Positions 58,114-64,000 of a stretch of 64,000 nucleotides of DNA are shown here, piece after piece (the first letter of the stretch is position 1; every line of letters begins with the position of its first letter). The notes beneath the pieces are model-generated. The model did no database searches, was not told the origin of the DNA, and saw only the letters and a program-made list of their open reading frames with translations. This DNA comes from Candidatus Aenigmatarchaeota archaeon. Lineage in GTDB: Archaea; Aenigmatarchaeota; Aenigmatarchaeia; Aenigmatarchaeales; JACQIB01. The stretch lies in contig JACQIB010000001.1 of the NCBI GenBank assembly GCA_016198755.1, positions 1 to 64,000 of the forward strand, in the 5' to 3' direction. The position numbers were made by a program, and so were the translations under genes.

Positions 58114-58857
58114 ATGAAAGCAATAATTTTTGACCTTGAGGGGGTTTTATGCGATACGAGAGAGTGGATGAACCATTCTGTGCGCTCTGCTTTTTTTGAG
58201 CATGGTATAGAGCTCGAATTCTCTGATAAGGAGCTTTACAATATACGCGGCTGCGCAGGCTGCTTGAATTCCCCAGAATGGATACAGGTTCTTTTAGCAT
58301 TCAATGGAAAAAATTATATTAACAAAATATACGAACTGGACAAACCAGAGGAGTTTATAGTCTCTGTACTTGAAAAGGAAAAACCAGACAAGCTTTTAGC
58401 AGGTGAGATAAACAAAACCTACAGGGAAATTTACTATTCCCAGAAAAACCAGTTCCGCACTCCCCTCTCAGGAATTAAAGAAGTTCTTGAAAAGCTCAGG
58501 CCAAATTTTTCTTTTGGTATTTTCTCAAACACAAAGCACGATTCTATTCTAAAATTGTTGGATAACGCAGGCATAAGAGGATATTTTTCTATTGTTGTTG
58601 GGCAGGAGGATGTTTCAAAACAAAAACCAGATCCTGAAGGTTTGTTAAAGGCAATTGCAGAATTAAAATCCACACCGCAGGAAACTATCTATATTGGCGA
58701 TACAGCTTCAGATGTGCAGGCAGCGCGTGCAGCAGGCTGTGTTCCAATTGGTCTGCTGACTGGAATGGGAATTGAGCGCTGGCTGCGCGCAGCAGGTGCT
58801 GTCCATATTTTCCCAACATTGAAAGAATTTATCCAAAGTACGGCAATCGTACAATGA
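58114..58857 (+). CDS. HAD-superfamily phosphatase
   Basis: FDLEGVL, SN, KPDP and IGDTASD motifs. Confidence 0.88.
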   Translation: MKAIIFDLEGVLCDTREWMNHSVRSAFFEHGIELEFSDKELYNIRGCAGCLNSPEWIQVLLAFNGKNYINKIYELDKPEEFIVSVLEKEKPDKLLAGEINKTYREIYYSQKNQFRTPLSGIKEVLEKLRPNFSFGIFSNTKHDSILKLLDNAGIRGYFSIVVGQEDVSKQKPDPEGLLKAIAELKSTPQETIYIGDTASDVQAARAAGCVPIGLLTGMGIERWLRAAGAVHIFPTLKEFIQSTAIVQ

Positions 58858-58963
58858 ACGTCAATCTACTCTTCCGGAAGCATAGCCTTTATATACCTTT
58901 TCCCCGAGTTCTGTTTTTTAACTCCTATAAATCCTTTTCAACAATAGGAGTAAAGGGGATTAT

Positions 58964-60025
58964 TTGAGGCTATTGGAAACAGATGCAAAAGAACTCTTAT
59001 CAAAAGCTGGAATTTCTGTCCCAACAGGGAAAAGAGTGAGTACAGCAGCTGAGGCTGAAGCAGTAGCCAGAGAGATAGGAGAAGTTGTATTAAAGGTTCT
59101 GGGGAAGAAGGGAAGGGGAAAGGCAGGAATGATAAAGTTTGCAAACTCTCCTGCAGAAGCATTTGAGGCAGCAAAGGAGCTTTTAGAAAAATCAGATGAG
59201 GGTCTTATAATTGAGAAAAAGCTGGATATTCTGGAGGAGCTCTATGTTGCCTTTGCAGTTGATTTTTCAATAAGCAAGCCTGTTTTGATTGTTAGCAAGA
59301 AGGGAGGTGTGGAAATAGAAAACCAGGCGGATGTTAAAAAAATACCTATAAACATTCTGCGCGGGCTTACAGCAGAGCAGGCAGGCGAGGCTGTTGCCTA
59401 TCTAGGACACGCAGAGCTTTCACCCTTCCTCCAATTACTGTACAAGCAATTTAGGAAAATAGATTCGGAGCTTTTGGAAATAAATCCTTTAGCTATTACA
59501 GCCAATGGAGCTTATGTTGCTGATGCTCTAATTGAAATAAATGATGACAGCCTTTCCCGCCAACCTTTCAGGCAAGAAACGCCAACTGGAGGCATTGAAG
59601 CGGAGATGGCAGGTGCTGGCTGGTCCTACCATGATTTGGGGGGAAGTGTGGGATTAATCTGCTCTGGTGCAGGCTTGTCAATGGCTACACTTGATTTAAT
59701 CCAGATTTTCGGTGGAAAGCCGGCTAATTTTTTGGACATGGCACAAGTGGATGGAGACGGGATATATAGAGGATTGGAAATACTCTCGAAAAAACAAGGA
59801 GTCCGCTCAATTATTATCAGCCTTTTTGCAGGGTTGAACAGGTGCGACAGCATGGCAGAGGGTATTACAAGGTTTGTAAGGGAGAAGGGGCAGAAAGTGC
59901 CAATAATTGTAAGGATGGTTGGGAACAGAGAGGAGGAGGGTTTTGCAATACTGCGTTCTATTGGCTTAGAGCCCTATAAGGAACTGGAAGCAGCCGTAAA
60001 AAAGGCAGTTGAGGTGGCTGTGTAA
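58964..60025 (+). CDS. Succinyl-CoA-synthetase-like CoA ligase, beta (ATP-grasp) subunit, atypical
   Basis: GRGKAG, EINPL, GAGLSMATLD, PANFLD and RCD motifs. Confidence 0.85.
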   Translation: MRLLETDAKELLSKAGISVPTGKRVSTAAEAEAVAREIGEVVLKVLGKKGRGKAGMIKFANSPAEAFEAAKELLEKSDEGLIIEKKLDILEELYVAFAVDFSISKPVLIVSKKGGVEIENQADVKKIPINILRGLTAEQAGEAVAYLGHAELSPFLQLLYKQFRKIDSELLEINPLAITANGAYVADALIEINDDSLSRQPFRQETPTGGIEAEMAGAGWSYHDLGGSVGLICSGAGLSMATLDLIQIFGGKPANFLDMAQVDGDGIYRGLEILSKKQGVRSIIISLFAGLNRCDSMAEGITRFVREKGQKVPIIVRMVGNREEEGFAILRSIGLEPYKELEAAVKKAVEVAV

Positions 60026-60900
60026 TGGCAATTCTTGTAAATAGTGAAACAAAGGTTTGCGTGCAAGGTATAACAGGGAAAGCAGGAACCCTGCACACTG
60101 GCACAATGCTGGAATATGGAACAAAAATAGTTTCAGGTGTTAGGCCAGGAGCTGAAGGGGAGGAGGTTTTGGGAATACCTGTTTTTAACAGGGTCTCCAC
60201 TGCTGTGGAGGAAACCGGAGCAAACAGTTCCATAATTTTTGTGCCTGCAGCAATGGCTAAAGGTGCTGCACTAGAGGCAATAAATGCCGGAATAAAGCTT
60301 ATTGTAATAATACCTGAGCATGTCCCTTTGCATGATGAGCTTGAGATAATGCAGGCAGCTGAGGACTCGGGAATTGTTGTGGTTGGTCCAAACACTCCAG
60401 GGTTAATAGCCCCCTCACTTAAATGTAAAATTGGCTTTGTACCAAACAAATATTATATACCAGGTTCTGTTGGAGTAATGGCACGCTCAGGAACTTTAAC
60501 TTATGAGATTGTCTCCCGCCTTACTTTGGCTGGAATTGGGCAGAGCACTGCAATTGGAGTAGGTGGTGACCCTGTTATTGGGAGCAGGTTCCCTGACCTG
60601 ATTAAAAAATTTGAGGCAGATCCTGAAACAAAGGTTATTTTGCTTATAGGAGAAGTTGGTGGAACCCAAGAAGAGGAGGCTGCAGCTCTTGTTGCTGATG
60701 GAAAAATAAAAAAGCCTGTTGTAGCCTATATTGCAGGCTTCTCAGCTCCCCCAGGGAAAAGGCTTGGGCATGCAGGTGCGATAATTTCAGGCTCACAGGG
60801 GACCATGGAGTCCAAACTTAAATCCTTTCAAAAAGCAGGAATAGCTGTTGCCAAAACCCCTTCAGAAGTTTTGGATCTTGTGAAACAAAAATTGAGATGA
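60025..60900 (+). CDS. Succinyl-CoA-synthetase-like CoA ligase, alpha subunit
   Basis: QGITG, GPNTPG, RSGTLTYE, GVGGD and phospho-His GHAGA motifs. Confidence 0.9.
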   Translation: MAILVNSETKVCVQGITGKAGTLHTGTMLEYGTKIVSGVRPGAEGEEVLGIPVFNRVSTAVEETGANSSIIFVPAAMAKGAALEAINAGIKLIVIIPEHVPLHDELEIMQAAEDSGIVVVGPNTPGLIAPSLKCKIGFVPNKYYIPGSVGVMARSGTLTYEIVSRLTLAGIGQSTAIGVGGDPVIGSRFPDLIKKFEADPETKVILLIGEVGGTQEEEAAALVADGKIKKPVVAYIAGFSAPPGKRLGHAGAIISGSQGTMESKLKSFQKAGIAVAKTPSEVLDLVKQKLR

Positions 60901-60904
60901 TAAA

Positions 60905-62371
60905 ATGGTAGCAGGTATTGAAGATAGAAGAATATTGGAAGACGCGAGAAATGATGTTAGTGGTATAGTAACTAGTATTGCATCCCAATTGCAACATGGT
61001 ATGCATCTTTACAAGGCACCAGAGACTGTTAGAACTTTATACGGGCTTCCACAGACAGATGAAGCCAGTGAGAAAAAGTGCAGAGCCTATGCTGCTGCAG
61101 CTATCAGGAGATTTTTTGCAGAAAAGTATGGAGTGGATACGGTAGCTTTGGCAAGCACTGCCATAGTCCCGCCTCTGGTTAAAAAATCTAAAAAACTTGA
61201 AAATGGAACAACCGTAGATTTATGGGAGTCAAAAATGCCAAATTATATGGGAGGAGGAGTTGGAGGAAGACCTGTATCTGTTGTCGGGCCTGCAACATTA
61301 GAAATAGAAGTTTACGATAATATAAATGGAAAAGGAGAACCAATAAAAGAGAATGTCGTTTACATTCCGCTTGCACCAACAAGATTTGGTGTTGCTGAAG
61401 GTGTTAGCGCAGGATTAAAATATATTGCAGATTCTGGAAAACCAATAAAATTGAAAGTTGAAAGTATAAGCAGGGTAACGAGGTCCCCTGTATTTAAGTT
61501 TCCTACAGAAGCAAGTGCGGAAAGTGCTGCAAACAGTATTGGTGCGGGTGTTAGAAGTCATTTGGAAACAGAAGATAACGGAAACCTATTTGGAGAAATA
61601 AAGGGACTGGCAGACAAACTAATGAAAGGACATAACGGTTCTCTCGAAGGTCTGCACGCTGTTACTCTGGGTCCATACTTATGGGCAAATTTTGTCTATG
61701 AAATGAGCGGGGATAATTATGGGCACGAAGCTGTAACAGCCGTTACCAGAGAAGTGGTAAGAGAGGTGCTTCTAAAAAAATTGCCTCATGCAGAATTAAA
61801 AATGCTTGCAGGAGGGTTGGATGGTGACTTAAGACCTGCAACCAATCGATATGGTCGTATGGGAAACATCAGGGGAAGATGGGTTACTGCTTCAGCAGAG
61901 ATTACACCAGAAACCCTTAAAAAGAGGTTTGGAAATATAAGTCCGGAAGGATTAGCAGAGTTAAATAACTTAAAGCAGAAGGGAAACGAGATTCTAGGTA
62001 CGCATACTTTAGCTGGCATGGGGCCAGAGATTGTTGAAGGAGTGTTTTATGCGCTTGAGCCCCCAACCTCCCCATTCCTCTCCTCTACAATTAGTATGGA
62101 AACAAATGTTAAAGGTGATAGTTTAATACTAAATGCTATATTCCATAATATGGAAGTGGGCACAGTGCGGGAGGGTCCACTTTCAGATATAGCAAGCGAA
62201 TGCAGGGCTATTACAGGGAACATAGATGGGGCAGGAAACCCGATAGGCAGGAATGCGGTAAGAATGGCTGCGCGCATTGCTGCAGCAACTTTAGCTGGGG
62301 AGCTAAACCAATATGCACAAATGGCAACAGGAAGATTAGGAATGGAAGCCTATAGGAATGGAAAGCCATAG
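60905..62371 (+). CDS. Degenerate HMG-CoA reductase-like protein lacking the catalytic residues
   Basis: Colinear with class I HMGR (YIPLAPT, VTRSPVF, RGRWV.A, MEVGTV, AAATLAGEL), but the E/K/D/H motifs are altered. Confidence 0.7.
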   Translation: MVAGIEDRRILEDARNDVSGIVTSIASQLQHGMHLYKAPETVRTLYGLPQTDEASEKKCRAYAAAAIRRFFAEKYGVDTVALASTAIVPPLVKKSKKLENGTTVDLWESKMPNYMGGGVGGRPVSVVGPATLEIEVYDNINGKGEPIKENVVYIPLAPTRFGVAEGVSAGLKYIADSGKPIKLKVESISRVTRSPVFKFPTEASAESAANSIGAGVRSHLETEDNGNLFGEIKGLADKLMKGHNGSLEGLHAVTLGPYLWANFVYEMSGDNYGHEAVTAVTREVVREVLLKKLPHAELKMLAGGLDGDLRPATNRYGRMGNIRGRWVTASAEITPETLKKRFGNISPEGLAELNNLKQKGNEILGTHTLAGMGPEIVEGVFYALEPPTSPFLSSTISMETNVKGDSLILNAIFHNMEVGTVREGPLSDIASECRAITGNIDGAGNPIGRNAVRMAARIAAATLAGELNQYAQMATGRLGMEAYRNGKP

Positions 62372-62374
62372 AGA

Positions 62375-63637
62375 GTGAAAAGAATGGAACAAGAGCAGAT
62401 TAATGATTTGGTGGAGAAGCTGGAAAGCGGGGCCGTAAAGCTGCATGAGGTTGAAAACTTTACAGCAAATGATAGCAATGCAGCCACAATTGTACGCAGG
62501 GTTTATCTGGAAAAAAAACTTGGCTTCCCATTAAAGCACATTGGCTCAACTATAGTGGACTTTAATGATTCCATAAGCAGGAATATCGAGAATCCAATAG
62601 GAGCGGTGCAAATCCCGCTGGGGTATGCTGGAGATATGAAAATAAACGGAGACCATGTTTCTGGAACAGTCCCAATTTTAATGGCAACAACAGAAGGCAG
62701 GCTTGTTGCCGGTGTTGCAAGGGGAATAACTGTTGCCAATAGGGCTGGAGGTGTAAATGTTTCTGTTCTAAAAGATGGCATGACAAGGGATGTGCTTGTA
62801 AGGACAGGCGGTGCAAAAGAAAGCGCAACCCTTGCAAAATGGATAATGACAGAGGAAGGGTTTAACTTGCTGAAAGAGGGATTTTCAAAAACCACAAAGC
62901 ACGGTAAGCTGAAAGAAGTCAGGCCATATGTTATTGGAAGGGACACACATTTGAGGTTCAAGGCTGAAACGGGCGCTGCAATGGGCATGAATATGCTTAC
63001 AATAGCTGGGAAAGCCGCTGTGGATTATATTTTGCCTAAACTAAAGGAAAAAGGTATAAATGCTTTTGTTGTTTCAGAATCAGGCAATTTATGCTCAGAT
63101 AAAAAACCGGCTTTCATTAATGTTATTGAAGGGCGCGGAGTAACTCTAACAGCAGACATTGTTGTTCCACCTGAAGTTTTGAAGGAGAGGTTCAGGGTTT
63201 CAGCAGCTGCAATAGCAGATCTCTGCAAATCAAAAAACCTTATAGGATCAGCCCTTGCAGGTTCACATGGCTTTAACGCTCATTTTGCAAATATTTTGGC
63301 TTCCATGTTCATGGCGTTCGGGCAGGATGTTGCTCAGATTGTAGAAGGGTCACAGGGGGTAACTGATGCGGCTGTTCTTGAAGATGGCTCTCTCTATTTC
63401 TCTTGCTATCTGCCTGCGATAGAAGTTGGAACCTATGGAGGAGGAACTAAAAGGGAGACGCAAAAAGAGGCTTTGAAGATAATGGGACTCTATGGGGAGA
63501 ATGATCCTGAAGGTATAACAAGACTGAAACTGGCAGAAATTATTGGAGCAGCCTGCCTTATTGGAGATTTGAATCTGTTAGCAATTCAGGCTGCAGGAGA
63601 ACTTTCTAAAACCCATGGCTCAATCAAGAGGGGGTAA
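62375..63637 (+). CDS. hmgA: HMG-CoA reductase, class I
   Basis: ENPIG, MATTEG, AMGMNM, SGNLCSDKK, GQDVAQ, VGTYGGGT and C-terminal His. Confidence 0.95.
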   Translation: MKRMEQEQINDLVEKLESGAVKLHEVENFTANDSNAATIVRRVYLEKKLGFPLKHIGSTIVDFNDSISRNIENPIGAVQIPLGYAGDMKINGDHVSGTVPILMATTEGRLVAGVARGITVANRAGGVNVSVLKDGMTRDVLVRTGGAKESATLAKWIMTEEGFNLLKEGFSKTTKHGKLKEVRPYVIGRDTHLRFKAETGAAMGMNMLTIAGKAAVDYILPKLKEKGINAFVVSESGNLCSDKKPAFINVIEGRGVTLTADIVVPPEVLKERFRVSAAAIADLCKSKNLIGSALAGSHGFNAHFANILASMFMAFGQDVAQIVEGSQGVTDAAVLEDGSLYFSCYLPAIEVGTYGGGTKRETQKEALKIMGLYGENDPEGITRLKLAEIIGAACLIGDLNLLAIQAAGELSKTHGSIKRG

Positions 63638-63761
63638 GTACCTTTTCATATTATCTACCTTAAAACAAAATGTTCTGGTTCTTTTAAAAACCATTTTCTA
63701 ACGTCACCTGCCTTTTTGCCATCAGAAAGCTATATAAGTTTAGCAATACCTCAAAAGGCTT

Positions 63762-64000
63762 ATGATAACAGCTTCAGCCCCAGGTAAAATACTGCTTTTT
63801 GGGGAGCATGCAGTTGTATATGATAAGCTTGGAATAGCTGCTGCAATAGACAAAAGAATAGGGGTTTCAGCCTACAAAGGAGGCACAGCTGTAGAACTCC
63901 AGCAGCCTTTTCATTTTCCAACACTTAGAAAAACACAGGATGAAATAGAGGAACTACACGCACAGTTCAGGCTTTTGTTTGAACAAAAGCAGTTTGATAA
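63762..64000 (+). CDS. mvk: Mevalonate kinase (5' partial, runs off the window), not in the ORF track
   Basis: [26 protein letters not shown]. Confidence 0.88.
   Translation, partial: MITASAPGKILLFGEHAVVYDKLGIAAAIDKRIGVSAYKGGTAVELQQPFHFPTLRKTQDEIEELHAQFRLLFEQKQFD

Noticed and set aside
63650-63725. Short minus-strand reading frame between hmgA and mvk (DGKKAGDVRKWFLKEPEHFVLR)
   Set aside because: No convincing start or RBS; too short to support a call

Overview
Archaeal chromosome segment, probably from a DPANN lineage such as Aenigmarchaeota (inferred from an unlinked 23S rRNA gene, compact archaeal housekeeping genes and a DGR-like target). The main feature is a stand-alone 23S rRNA gene (~27.8-32.9 kb) interrupted by nine bulge-helix-bulge (BHB) introns, most of them in functional centres: GTPase centre, H69/70, peptidyl-transferase centre and the sarcin-ricin loop. 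One intron encodes a LAGLIDADG endonuclease whose stop codon is predicted to form only on circularisation. Two carry small membrane-peptide ORFs absent from the ORF track, and one holds two copies of a ~57-nt hairpin element that recurs at the 23S 3' end. The window also contains a tRNA-Arg(GCG) with two non-canonical introns, an intein-containing RtcB with archease, and a large lipid-synthesis gene set (pgsA-like, carS, pssA, psd, tes, GGPP synthase, mevalonate genes). The mevalonate cluster includes a catalytically degenerate HMG-CoA reductase paralogue and an atypical succinyl-CoA-synthetase-like CoA ligase. Other features are three toxin-antitoxin pairs, a methanogen-type SerRS, a giant repeat surface protein and a probable remote DGR variable region. 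All calls were made by eye, and the E. coli rRNA numbering is a manual alignment.
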